Source: a virus. Taken from it: 64,000 nt of DNA. The stretch lies in the IMG/VR virus record IMGVR_UViG_3300028103_000009; one strand, 5' to 3'. A program made the translations under genes and the position numbers. Positions 47,650-57,012 of the stretch are shown piece by piece. The stretch's first letter is position 1. Each line of letters begins with the position of its first letter. The notes under the pieces are model-generated. The model saw only the letters and a list, made by a program, of their open reading frames with translations. It did no database searches and was not told the DNA's origin.

Positions 47650-48209
47650 ATTTCGTTGATAGAGACCAAGCACTAAAGTTGTTCAAACATATACGTGCTA
47701 GTCGAATCGAAGATGGTTCTCTTGTAAAACATAATACAGGAGTATACTTTCACGAAGTACCTATGAATGCAGAAAACGGTATGTGTGCAGTACCGTATGA
47801 AGAAGCAGAGGAACGTGGTTATTTTAAAATAGATTTTTTAAATGTAAGTATCTACAAAGGCATCCGAGATGAAGAGCATCTCAAGAAACTGATGGAGACT
47901 GAACCACTATGGGATCTACTGGAACAAGAAGAATTCACGGACTTACTGTTTCACGTAAATGGGCACAGTTCATTGATGAAACAGATGAAACCCCGAAGTA
48001 TCGAAGAGTTGGCAATGTGCTTGTCTTTGATACGCCCGGGCAAACGGCACCTACAAGGGAAGACCTGGAGCGAGATTGGTGCGGAGATATGGAAGAAGCC
48101 GACGAACGGTGACTACTATTTCAAGAAGAGCCACGCTGTAGCGTATGCCACTGCTGTAGCAGTACAGATGAATCTAATCTGCGAGCAGATCAGTTATGGA
48201 TATAGTTAA
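47631..48209 (+). CDS. dnaE: Miniature DNA polymerase III alpha (family C) catalytic-domain protein
   Basis: PDIDID, KHNTGV, GYFKIDFL, SLIRPG, YYFKKSHAVAY in DnaE order. Confidence 0.8.
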   Translation: MPDIDIDFVDRDQALKLFKHIRASRIEDGSLVKHNTGVYFHEVPMNAENGMCAVPYEEAEERGYFKIDFLNVSIYKGIRDEEHLKKLMETEPLWDLLEQEEFTDLLFHVNGHSSLMKQMKPRSIEELAMCLSLIRPGKRHLQGKTWSEIGAEIWKKPTNGDYYFKKSHAVAYATAVAVQMNLICEQISYGYS

Positions 48210-48577
48210 GGTGCTTTTCGCACCAAAGTAATCGATTTACGTTTAATACGTTTAACGATTATATCATTAAGGCTAGTACATGGCCCTAGTACTACCTTTA
48301 CATCTTTGGTAGCAAAGTTCCTAATAACGTACCTAAACTGTATTATTTCTTTGTTTAGGAAAATATTGATAGGTATTTGTCTATTAGACTCCCACCACCA
48401 AGCTTCTCCTAGCTCTAAGAACTTGGCTTTTTCAGCTTCTGTGCGAATAGATGAATAATCGTAGATGCTGGTAACTTGAGCATCCTGATTGATTATTATC
48501 CCCACGTATTCCTGATTTACGTGGGTTAGGATACTTATGAATGGAAAGTTTTCTTGTAAGTTTTCTGTTATTCTCAT
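48206..48577 (-). CDS. Hypothetical protein
   Basis: 123-aa ORF; WWWESNRQIPINIFL. Confidence 0.65.
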   Translation of the reverse strand: MRITENLQENFPFISILTHVNQEYVGIIINQDAQVTSIYDYSSIRTEAEKAKFLELGEAWWWESNRQIPINIFLNKEIIQFRYVIRNFATKDVKVVLGPCTSLNDIIVKRIKRKSITLVRKAP

Positions 48578-48606
48578 CGATAAATACTATAAAGGTCCGC
48601 TAATGT

Positions 48607-49716
48607 ATGCAACTTAACCCAGTTTATTTATATCCAAATAAAATAGATGTTTTTACCAATGCGTTAGCTTCCTGGAAAACAGAGAGGTATCGTAGAGTGT
48701 ACAACCGCAACCTAAAAGTATATCGAGGTGTCGACAATCGCATCGATCTGCAGGTCCGTAACAGCGACGAAAAAGCCGCCGATATTACTGGATCTGTTTT
48801 GGTATTTAACATCGTAGGAAGAGAGACCAGAGATTTAGTGGTCCAGAAAGACTGCATGACTGTAGCAAACAGTTCAGGCAAGGTATATGTCACCTTAGGT
48901 GAAAGCGATCTAGCCACACTAGACCCAGGAATGTACAACTACAGTGTCATTCAAGAAATAAGACAAGTAGAAGGCGACGGCTACAGAGTTAGCAGTAGAA
49001 CACCATTGTACACTGATGCACAGTATGGTGCCAGCGGAACTTTAGAAATATCAAATGATGTTGCTGGTGAAATACATGACAGTCTCGAGATAACAAAGTT
49101 TAACTATATCAATCCATGGGTCACTGGATATGATAATCCTGCATATAGTGTCAGCAGTATAATCGACACACGACATTATCTAGAGACTCCGCAGAGTCTA
49201 CATACCCTAGCAATCTACTCAACAAACTACAGCGGTAAAGTATTGATACAAGGAAGCCTAGACGAGAGTGCAGTTCCGGGAGAATCATCATGGGTTAATA
49301 TTCCAGATAGTTCTATTAGCCCTGGCGGCAATAACTTTGAAATACTAAACACACCACTAGTTTATAAAAATGTTACAGGAAAGTGGGTTTGGTTAAGATT
49401 ATATTTTGGATCAAACAAAGGTTTCTATGCATCATTTACCGTGCAACAAACAACTCTTGGAAACTATATCGTAGACATCGATAACGGAGGCCAAGGTTAT
49501 TCTACTGGAGATCAAATCGTTATTAACGGTCGTTCTTTAGGCGGCACATCTCCTACCAATGATCTTTTCTTAACGGTAACATCGACCACCGGTATTGGCG
49601 GAATCGCTCAAGTAAATTGGACTGGCGTTTCTCCGATTGGATATCGAACTTACTTTGTAACACCAGCAATGTTACCAACTACAGGCGGACGTATTGACAA
49701 ACTATTATACAGATAA
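48607..49716 (+). CDS. Structural (baseplate/fibre-associated) protein
   Basis: TAAATA at 48581; shares the LGGTSPTN module with the 2122-aa protein. Confidence 0.55.
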   Translation: MQLNPVYLYPNKIDVFTNALASWKTERYRRVYNRNLKVYRGVDNRIDLQVRNSDEKAADITGSVLVFNIVGRETRDLVVQKDCMTVANSSGKVYVTLGESDLATLDPGMYNYSVIQEIRQVEGDGYRVSSRTPLYTDAQYGASGTLEISNDVAGEIHDSLEITKFNYINPWVTGYDNPAYSVSSIIDTRHYLETPQSLHTLAIYSTNYSGKVLIQGSLDESAVPGESSWVNIPDSSISPGGNNFEILNTPLVYKNVTGKWVWLRLYFGSNKGFYASFTVQQTTLGNYIVDIDNGGQGYSTGDQIVINGRSLGGTSPTNDLFLTVTSTTGIGGIAQVNWTGVSPIGYRTYFVTPAMLPTTGGRIDKLLYR

Positions 49717-49722
49717 TACAAT
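49694..49722 (+). promoter_or_regulatory. sigma70-type promoter (leaderless to primase ATG)
   Basis: TTGACA-17-TACAAT, ATG 5 nt downstream. Confidence 0.75.
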
Positions 49723-49727
49723 AAAGT

Positions 49728-50732
49728 ATGACTCTGGTAATAGATACATTCCGTAAACTACTCCCACCCCGTGCTAAGGCAACTCCCTCTGGGTGGACTA
49801 GTTTCAATGCCCCATGTTGCGGTCATCGTGGCCATAGTCCAGATACTCGAAAACGTGGTGGAGTAAGGTTTGACCAAGGAATAGTATTCAACTGTTTCAA
49901 CTGCAAGTTTAGTGCAAGTTGGCAACCGGGTCGCCCAATATCAGAAAAACTAAAAGCTCTATGTCGTTGGCTCGGTGCCACTGAAGATGATATCAAGACG
50001 TTAGTCTTTGAAGCATTAAAAACAGAAGCGCCAGACTATGTACACGAAGTCAAAGAAGCAGTTAGCTTCACTCCTAAAAAACTACCCGAAGGAAGTGCTC
50101 CACTAACAGAGTGGGCTGAACATCCTTGTTTGCCTGAAGAGTACGGCATTAAGATAGCAGAAGTTGTAGAATATCTAACTAATAGAGGACTAGATCCAAC
50201 TGATCCTTTGTATCATTGGAGTCCTGAAGCAGGGTATGAGAATCGTGTGATCATTCCATTCTTTTATAATGGTGTCGTTGTTGGTAACACAGCACGTAAG
50301 GTCACTGAAGGAAAACCAAAGTATCTTTCTGATCAACATCCACATTTTGTCTTTAATATCGATTCTCAAGAAGAGGATCAAAAATATCTCTTTGTATGTG
50401 AAGGCCCGTTTGATGCTATATCAGTAGGAGGTGTAGCTTTGCTAACCAATGATATAGCAGATCAGCAGGCACGTATCATAAACAGCCTGGGTGCAGAAGT
50501 TATCGTTATTCCGGATCAAGATGAAGCAGGGCTAAATCTAATAAAGAAAGCCATAGATTATGATTGGTCTGTGGCGTTTCCTAACTGGGATATTGATGTC
50601 AAAGATCCTGCAGATGCTGTGCTTAAATATGGAAAACTATTTGTCATAGTTGACGCTATCAAAACAGCTCAAAAAGGCAAGATAAAAATAACGATGGCTA
50701 TGAATAAATTTAAAAACAATCTAGAGAAATAA
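49728..50732 (+). CDS. DNA primase (T4 gp61-like)
   Basis: Zn-binding CC..FNCFNC, RVIIPF, TOPRIM VCEGPFDA, PDQD, KDPAD. Confidence 0.9.
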   Translation: MTLVIDTFRKLLPPRAKATPSGWTSFNAPCCGHRGHSPDTRKRGGVRFDQGIVFNCFNCKFSASWQPGRPISEKLKALCRWLGATEDDIKTLVFEALKTEAPDYVHEVKEAVSFTPKKLPEGSAPLTEWAEHPCLPEEYGIKIAEVVEYLTNRGLDPTDPLYHWSPEAGYENRVIIPFFYNGVVVGNTARKVTEGKPKYLSDQHPHFVFNIDSQEEDQKYLFVCEGPFDAISVGGVALLTNDIADQQARIINSLGAEVIVIPDQDEAGLNLIKKAIDYDWSVAFPNWDIDVKDPADAVLKYGKLFVIVDAIKTAQKGKIKITMAMNKFKNNLEK

Positions 50733-50837
50733 ATGATTAAAAAATGGTTAAAGTGGTTTCGTGAATGGAGAGAACTGAGAGCTTTTAGAAAGAAAGTAGC
50801 CAGACTAAAAGATAAGGATCCGTTCATTTACAAATGA
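50733..50837 (+). CDS. 34-aa basic peptide coupled to the carbamoyltransferase
   Basis: MIKKWLKWFREWRELRAFRKKVARLKDKDPFIYK; fills the gap exactly; ATGA overlap. Confidence 0.55.
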   Translation: MIKKWLKWFREWRELRAFRKKVARLKDKDPFIYK

Positions 50838-52297
50838 TTACTTGGGGTATTTCAGCAAACAGTCATGATGCTGCTCTAGCAGTATTCTGTGACGAGAAAC
50901 TAGCATTCGCTAGCCAAAGCGAAAGATTTAGTGGTGTCAAGAATGATCCGCATCTGGATTATTCTATGATCGCATACGCAGAACAACGATGGGGTAAACC
51001 AGGACGCATCTATTGGTATGAGAACCCGCTAAAGAAAAGTATACGACAGCTATTTGCAGGACAGATTGAAAATATAAAAGAAAATAATATCAAGAGGTAC
51101 CTTAGTACATATAATATCAATGCACCTATTCGTTACACTGATCATCATCGTAGTCACGCCGCTGCTGGTTATTTTACTAGTCCATTTGATCGCGCTTGTG
51201 TTCTCGTGATTGATGCTATCGGTGAGTTTGAAACACTAACGATATGGAAAGCTGACGGATTAGAACTTAAGAAGGTATACAGCCAAAGATATCCTAACTC
51301 TATAGGCCTATGGTACAGTGCTATGACGCAACGTGTGGGACTAAAGCCCAATGAAGAAGAATATATCCTAATGGGCATGTCAGCGTATGGCGATGATAGC
51401 CTGACTAACAAAGTATACGATGACTTTATTAGGAATGCTGATCGTTTTGAGTTTAAAGATAATCTGCATAGAGGCTGTAAGACTTGGGCTCCTGAACTCT
51501 TAGAAGACGCTAACTTTGATATAGCTTCTGCCACGCAGAAAGTATATGAAACATTATTCATGACTGCGCTAAAGAAAGCAAGAGAGTTAGTAGATTGTGA
51601 AAATCTCGTTCTCATGGGCGGCTGTGCCTTAAACTGTGTGGCCAATAGATTAGTATATCGATATTTTGATAAACTATGGATCTATCCTAGTCCTGGCGAC
51701 AGTGGATCAGCTATCGGCGCAGTATTGGCACATCATCCTGTTTGGCGGTTTGGTACCTATTGGGATGAACCATTCTTGGGCTACGATATGGGATATCACA
51801 CTACTGAAGAACATATCGTCGATTATCTTATAGAACATAAGATTTGTGGACTAGCTAGGGGTCGTGCAGAGTTTGGACCTAGAGCACTAGGCAATAGAAG
51901 TCTTATTGCAGATCCCAGAGGTAATGATATAAAGGAAAGAGTAAATGATATTAAACGAAGACAAAAATTTAGACCCTTTGCCCCTGCAGTTTTGGCTGAG
52001 TTATCTAATGATTATTTTGATATCCCTGGTGGCCGCAGTCCTTATATGCAAATGGTCGCTAAGTGCAGGAATCCTGAGCTTTATCCTGCTATCGTTCACG
52101 TTGACGGGACTTCTCGTGTACAGACAGTTGAAAAAGACGGATCTCCATTTAGACGACTCTTAGAGATATGGTATGCACGTACAGGCTGTCCAATGCTGTT
52201 AAACACCAGTCTTAATATCAAGGGAGAGCCTATGGTAAACGACATAGAAGATTCTGAGCGTTGGAGTCAAAAATATGGTTTACCTGTGTTTAACTAG
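50834..52297 (+). CDS. Carbamoyltransferase (NodU/CmcH/TobZ family)
   Basis: HDAA, HHRSHAA, DAIGE, GGCALNC, EFGPRALGNRS, FRPFAP, LNTSLN. Confidence 0.95.
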   Translation: MITWGISANSHDAALAVFCDEKLAFASQSERFSGVKNDPHLDYSMIAYAEQRWGKPGRIYWYENPLKKSIRQLFAGQIENIKENNIKRYLSTYNINAPIRYTDHHRSHAAAGYFTSPFDRACVLVIDAIGEFETLTIWKADGLELKKVYSQRYPNSIGLWYSAMTQRVGLKPNEEEYILMGMSAYGDDSLTNKVYDDFIRNADRFEFKDNLHRGCKTWAPELLEDANFDIASATQKVYETLFMTALKKARELVDCENLVLMGGCALNCVANRLVYRYFDKLWIYPSPGDSGSAIGAVLAHHPVWRFGTYWDEPFLGYDMGYHTTEEHIVDYLIEHKICGLARGRAEFGPRALGNRSLIADPRGNDIKERVNDIKRRQKFRPFAPAVLAELSNDYFDIPGGRSPYMQMVAKCRNPELYPAIVHVDGTSRVQTVEKDGSPFRRLLEIWYARTGCPMLLNTSLNIKGEPMVNDIEDSERWSQKYGLPVFN

Positions 52298-52314
52298 AGT
52301 ATATAATAATAACT

Positions 52315-53730
52315 ATGATTAAAGATTACGGATACGAAGTACAAAAACTATACCTAGAACTGATGCTAGCAGATGCAGAGGTTTTCGTCAGATGCCAAGG
52401 CATCTTTGACCACACATTGTTTGATCGGAAACTACAAGATGCCGCAGAGTTTGTCAACGAATATGCCAAGCAATATAGTGTGTTGCCAGACTATGCAATG
52501 GTCAATGCTACCTGCAATGTTTCATTAGAAAAACCCGAAGACGTCAAAGATGGCCACATGGATTGGCTCATGGATGAGTTCGAGCAGTTCACTAGGCACA
52601 AGGCACTTGAACGTGCGATCATTAACTCTGCAGACCTATTAGAAAAACATGACTATGGTCAGGTAGAAGTCATGATCAAAGAGGCAGTACAGATAGGTCT
52701 AGCCAAGGACATGGGCACAGACTATTTTGCTGATCCTAGAAGTCGACTCATGCGTATCAAGGATAAGAATGGTCAGATATCTACAGGTTGGCCGACGTTA
52801 GATAAGAGATTGTTTGGTGGTATGAACCGTGGAGAGTTGAATATCTTTGCGGGTGGATCTGGTGCAGGTAAGAGCTTATTCTTAGCGAACCTAGGTGTGA
52901 ACTGGGCACTACAGGGTTTAAATGTAGTGTACCTGACACTAGAACTTTCAGAAGAACTTGTTAGTATGCGTATCGATGCCATGCTCACAGGCATACCAAC
53001 TAAAGAGATTTTCCGTGATCTAGATGACGTAGAAATGAAAGTCAAGATCATCGGCAAGAAGTCTGGCGCTATGCAGATCAAGTATATGCCCAGTGGAAAG
53101 ACTGCTAATGATCTAAGAGCATATCTCAAAGAGTTTGAAATCAAAACAGGACGTAAAGTAGATGTACTGCTAGTAGACTATCTAGACTTATTGATGCCTG
53201 TTAGCAAGAAGATTAGCCCAGCAGACCTGTTTATCAAAGACAAGTACGTTTCAGAAGAACTTAGAAATTTGGCTGTAGAAAAGAACTGCATACTAGTAAC
53301 TGCCGCACAGTTAAATCGTGGTGCTGTAGAAGAAGTAGAGTTTGATCATAGTCATATTTCGGGCGGTCTGTCAAAGATCCAGACAGCAGATAATGTGTTT
53401 GGTATCTTTACAAGTCGTGCTATGCGTGAGCGTGGACGCTATCAGATACAGTTGATGAAAACACGTAGCAGTAGTGGTGTAGGTATGAAAGTAGATCTAG
53501 AGTTTAATCTAGAGAGCTTGAAGATTTCAGATCTGCCAGAAGAAGAACAAGAACACTCAGGCGCCACAAGCAGAGGCGCAAGCAGCATCATTGATTCCAT
53601 TAAACGTAAGACGGAAGTACAACCTAGAGAAGAACCCGATCAGGGTTCTAGTCTAGGCAAAGTTCGTGCCAATGTAGAATCCACGAAGCTGCGTGAGATT
53701 CTAAGTAGCATGAACTCAGATGAAGAATAA
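52315..53730 (+). CDS. Replicative DnaB-like helicase (T4 gp41-like)
   Basis: GGSGAGKS, LELSE, VDYLDL, TAAQLNR, MKTR. Confidence 0.95.
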   Translation: MIKDYGYEVQKLYLELMLADAEVFVRCQGIFDHTLFDRKLQDAAEFVNEYAKQYSVLPDYAMVNATCNVSLEKPEDVKDGHMDWLMDEFEQFTRHKALERAIINSADLLEKHDYGQVEVMIKEAVQIGLAKDMGTDYFADPRSRLMRIKDKNGQISTGWPTLDKRLFGGMNRGELNIFAGGSGAGKSLFLANLGVNWALQGLNVVYLTLELSEELVSMRIDAMLTGIPTKEIFRDLDDVEMKVKIIGKKSGAMQIKYMPSGKTANDLRAYLKEFEIKTGRKVDVLLVDYLDLLMPVSKKISPADLFIKDKYVSEELRNLAVEKNCILVTAAQLNRGAVEEVEFDHSHISGGLSKIQTADNVFGIFTSRAMRERGRYQIQLMKTRSSSGVGMKVDLEFNLESLKISDLPEEEQEHSGATSRGASSIIDSIKRKTEVQPREEPDQGSSLGKVRANVESTKLREILSSMNSDEE

Positions 53731-53956
53731 GAGAATCAATCTTTATAACTGGGAAAACAGGGTAACAGATCTAATAGACATACCCTGGCCTAAAGTACAC
53801 GCAGAAATAGGCACTGATCAGGTAAACTGGCTTCTAAAACAGCCCCCAGAACGCTGCCAGCTAGTAGTAGATAAACTCAACGAAAGACTCACGCTAGTAG
53901 CTGAGTTTTATCGTGATGATGCCCTTACAGACTATTATTTGCGATGGGCTAAATAG
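53720..53956 (+). CDS. Hypothetical protein
   Basis: ORF overlapping the helicase end. Confidence 0.55.
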   Translation: MKNKRINLYNWENRVTDLIDIPWPKVHAEIGTDQVNWLLKQPPERCQLVVDKLNERLTLVAEFYRDDALTDYYLRWAK

Positions 53957-53960
53957 TAAT

Positions 53961-54347
53961 ATGAGAATCAAAGACGTTATCAGCGAAGGAAAAGTCACGG
54001 GCGATGTACCCAAAGATCTCGTTGACAAAGGACACGGCGGCGTTCAGCTAACTCGTGACGTGGGTGGGTATGACCGTGTTTATCACTTAAATCGTATGAT
54101 GATGGCTATGGCTATGGCTGACGGTAAAAGTAAAAAACCTGTTGACATGGATGCAGCTAGCTGGTACGAAAAATACAATATCGCATTCCCATACAGCGAC
54201 TTAGAAGCGATGATGGTTAACCAAGCGATCGCTACGATTCCAACAGATCATAAAGGTCTTATTGCTCGCGGCAAAAGCGAAGAGAACAAAGGCACTAATA
54301 AGACCAGTCCTGTGGCCAAGCCAAAACGTAACAAATACGGAGTTTAA
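53961..54347 (+). CDS. Putative internal head protein
   Basis: ATG 5 nt after TAAATA; N-terminus MRIKDVISE. Confidence 0.55.
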   Translation: MRIKDVISEGKVTGDVPKDLVDKGHGGVQLTRDVGGYDRVYHLNRMMMAMAMADGKSKKPVDMDAASWYEKYNIAFPYSDLEAMMVNQAIATIPTDHKGLIARGKSEENKGTNKTSPVAKPKRNKYGV

Positions 54348-55052
54348 ATGAGGCTTTCTGAGTTCAAGGCTGGACATTTTGTAACTGTCAACTCTAAACT
54401 AAATCCCAAGATTTGGTCGGGCAGTGATCTACTTCCTGAAGTATCACACAAGTTGATCAAGATAGCAGAAAAGTTCGAAGAGTTTATCGGTGTAGATCTA
54501 CCCGTAGTTGACTATACTGTAACTGGATCAAACGCTAACTATTCGTGGACCAAGTTTAGCGATCTAGATCTACACTTGATCGTCCGCGGTGATGTCAGTG
54601 AAGCTATGCGTGAGTTATTTTCTGCAAAGAAGGCACTGTGGGGAGAACATCACAATATCAGCATACGTGGTATTCCCGTAGAATGTTATGTGCAGGGCGA
54701 AAATGAAGCACATCACAGCACCGGAGTCTATAGCGTAGCACATGGTCAGTGGATCAAAGAACCCAGCAAGACACAGCCACCAACTGATGACAGTGCTGTA
54801 GAGCGTAAACTAGAATCTATAGTACATGATGTAGATGCTGCTATAAGTTCTGGCAGTTTGGACAAGATCGAGTCCATGAAAGAACGTATAACCAATATGC
54901 GCAAGGCAGGATTGGAACGTGCCGGTGAATGGAGCACAGAAAATCTAGTGTTCAAGAAACTGCGCAATCTGGGAGTCATCGACAAGCTCACAGACAAGAT
55001 ACGTGAGTTGGAAGACCAAGAACTGAGCCTAGAAAGCAAAAATTTGACATAG
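54348..55052 (+). CDS. Pol-beta superfamily nucleotidyltransferase
   Basis: TGSNANY..TKFSDLDLHL (GS..DxD), PVECYVQ; GGAG RBS. Confidence 0.75.
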   Translation: MRLSEFKAGHFVTVNSKLNPKIWSGSDLLPEVSHKLIKIAEKFEEFIGVDLPVVDYTVTGSNANYSWTKFSDLDLHLIVRGDVSEAMRELFSAKKALWGEHHNISIRGIPVECYVQGENEAHHSTGVYSVAHGQWIKEPSKTQPPTDDSAVERKLESIVHDVDAAISSGSLDKIESMKERITNMRKAGLERAGEWSTENLVFKKLRNLGVIDKLTDKIRELEDQELSLESKNLT

Positions 55053-55093
55053 TCAATAAATACCTATATAATAATTATATATGGGGCACGACT

Positions 55094-55528
55094 ATGTTAC
55101 ACATCATCACTGATCTACAAGACAATCTATTAAGTTTAATCAAAGACGATCCGGTAAGACCGGAGATTCCTGCTGAGCAGCGAGTCAACGAAAACAGCCG
55201 TATCTTTGTATTAAAAGATGATGATGGTCACCCGCTAGCAGTGACCTGTGTCAAGTTCTTAGCTGATATTCCTGCGACTGTAGAAGATCTAGCTGACAAA
55301 GTGGTCAATACCAATACCGCAGTGTTCTATACTATTTGGTCATATGCTGCAGGTGCTGGACGCCAGTTGATCGAAGAAGCGCAGGCTAAAATCAAGCAAG
55401 AACAGCCCGAAGTAAAAACCTACGTGACACTAAGTCCTAAGACTGAAATGGCACGTAAGTTTCATCACAAGAACGGCGCTAAGACCTATCGCGAAAACAC
55501 CGATACGGTCAACTATCTCTACGAGTAA
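55094..55528 (+). CDS. GNAT-fold protein resembling the malonyl-CoA decarboxylase C-domain
   Basis: AVFYTIWSY..GAGRQLI...VKTYVTLSP. Confidence 0.55.
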   Translation: MLHIITDLQDNLLSLIKDDPVRPEIPAEQRVNENSRIFVLKDDDGHPLAVTCVKFLADIPATVEDLADKVVNTNTAVFYTIWSYAAGAGRQLIEEAQAKIKQEQPEVKTYVTLSPKTEMARKFHHKNGAKTYRENTDTVNYLYE

Positions 55529-55727
55529 GACCCCAGCGTATCTTTAACCAGATACGCTCGTGTATGTAGTAGTCTATGCTGAGCAGGATGTGCAGTGCTG
55601 TGGCAAATCCTGTGGCTGAGCCAATATCTCCAGTAAACAACCAAGTCCAAAAGATCGTAAATAACCAAGCGGTTATCCTATAAGTAACCATCCTTGTGAT
55701 GGTACGTTGGCGTGTTTCTTCTATCAT
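55509..55727 (-). CDS. DUF2061-like small membrane protein
   Basis: ETRQRTITR..TYR ... YYIHERIW..I.WG. Confidence 0.75.
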   Translation of the reverse strand: MIEETRQRTITRMVTYRITAWLFTIFWTWLFTGDIGSATGFATALHILLSIDYYIHERIWLKIRWGLTRRDS

Positions 55728-55728
55728 G

Positions 55729-56085
55729 TTATTTTACCAAATGTTGTGCTAGTACCATGCAGCTGAGCCAGGCCCACATGGTGTTAAAACTAACCAACGT
55801 GGGCAACAGTTTCTTGTTTGAAGCCCAGATCAATGTTAGGCTAGTAAACAGAGTAAGGAAATACAACCACCAAATCTGTATGCCGAAAATCAAACCTGGA
55901 ATGATGATTATGGCCTTGCAGAACCAACTGGCAAACTCTACTTTGTTGTAGAGAGGTTGCCAATATTCACGAGTTAAAAACATGCTAAAGCAGTCACGGA
56001 TTTCTCGGAAGCCAGTGAGCCTATATGTGATCACAGTTAATGCTAGCCAAACGGTCGTGGCCCAAACTATCTGTTCTAGAGTCAT
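55729..56085 (-). CDS. Membrane protein
   Basis: Several hydrophobic segments; AAGGGA RBS. Confidence 0.6.
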   Translation of the reverse strand: MTLEQIVWATTVWLALTVITYRLTGFREIRDCFSMFLTREYWQPLYNKVEFASWFCKAIIIIPGLIFGIQIWWLYFLTLFTSLTLIWASNKKLLPTLVSFNTMWAWLSCMVLAQHLVK

Positions 56086-56184
56086 AATATTCCCTTGTTA
56101 AAGTTGTATATAGATACTTAGCTTAATCTGATCAGTTAATGGCTCAGAGCTGGCTGAGCTAAATACTAGACAACGGAGCAGAAC

Positions 56185-56388
56185 ATGGAATATGCGATCT
56201 TGGCCTACAGCCTCAAAGAAAACCAACTACAGCGAGAACTCAATCTGGAAAAAAATCCTCCAGTCACAGATCCTGCATATGCACAAAAGATCGCTGATGC
56301 TTTCGCATATCGTCTAAATCTCAACAAGTTCCTAAACACACAGGACTGGGTGGGACGCATCGAGCTGATCAACAACCCCGTGGTATAA
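56185..56388 (+). CDS. Hypothetical protein
   Basis: TAAATA at 56160, GGAG RBS. Confidence 0.6.
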   Translation: MEYAILAYSLKENQLQRELNLEKNPPVTDPAYAQKIADAFAYRLNLNKFLNTQDWVGRIELINNPVV

Positions 56389-56390
56389 AC

Positions 56391-56717
56391 GTGATTAGGT
56401 TCACAGAACGAGCCCGAACTAAAATACAAGAACTACTCAAACAGCGTGGCCGTGGTGTGGGCATACGCATAGGCACCAACACACGTGGCTGCTCAGGACT
56501 GAGCTATGTGTTAGAATACGTAGACACCTACACAGCAGAAGAGGGAGTGACCAACTTCGCACAGCCCGAGTTCGTGGTCTTGGTGTCATTCCGAGATCAG
56601 GTTTATCTCTCAGGGCTAGAAGTAGATTGGGTCAAGAAGGGTCTAAACGAAGGCTTCGAATTTACCAACCCAAACGAAACCGCACGTTGTGGCTGCGGTG
56701 AAAGCTTCAAGGTCTGA
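56391..56717 (+). CDS. iscA: Iron-sulfur cluster assembly A-type carrier (IscA/HesB)
   Basis: RGCSGLSY, GFEFTNPN, RCGCGESF. Confidence 0.95.
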   Translation: MIRFTERARTKIQELLKQRGRGVGIRIGTNTRGCSGLSYVLEYVDTYTAEEGVTNFAQPEFVVLVSFRDQVYLSGLEVDWVKKGLNEGFEFTNPNETARCGCGESFKV

Positions 56718-57012
56718 GATAGTCCGCTAGCCAAAAGGCCGCAAACATTAGTCCAATAGTCAAGGCAGTGATCACACTGATCCAACGCACATCCTGTTCA
56801 TCGGGCAGCTTGTACCAAAACTCATAGGCCGCATCATAGACCCAGCCTTCAGGCGGATCTAGGGGATCATATAAGTGTGGGTGGCTAGCGGGCGTGGGCT
56901 GGACACTGTATCTCCGACGATAGGCTTCACGATGCTCTTCAGCGGTCATAGGGGGTAGCAGTTCCTGTGCGAGGTCTGCGTTTAACTTATCAAGTGCTGT
57001 TTTCGGGTCCAT
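56707..57012 (-). CDS. Hypothetical protein with C-terminal TM helix
   Basis: AGGAGG RBS. Confidence 0.6.
   Translation of the reverse strand: MDPKTALDKLNADLAQELLPPMTAEEHREAYRRRYSVQPTPASHPHLYDPLDPPEGWVYDAAYEFWYKLPDEQDVRWISVITALTIGLMFAAFWLADYLRP

Noticed and set aside
27135-53730. Introns or inteins in TerL, UvsX, UvsW, primase or helicase
   Set aside because: Normal lengths and contiguous motifs
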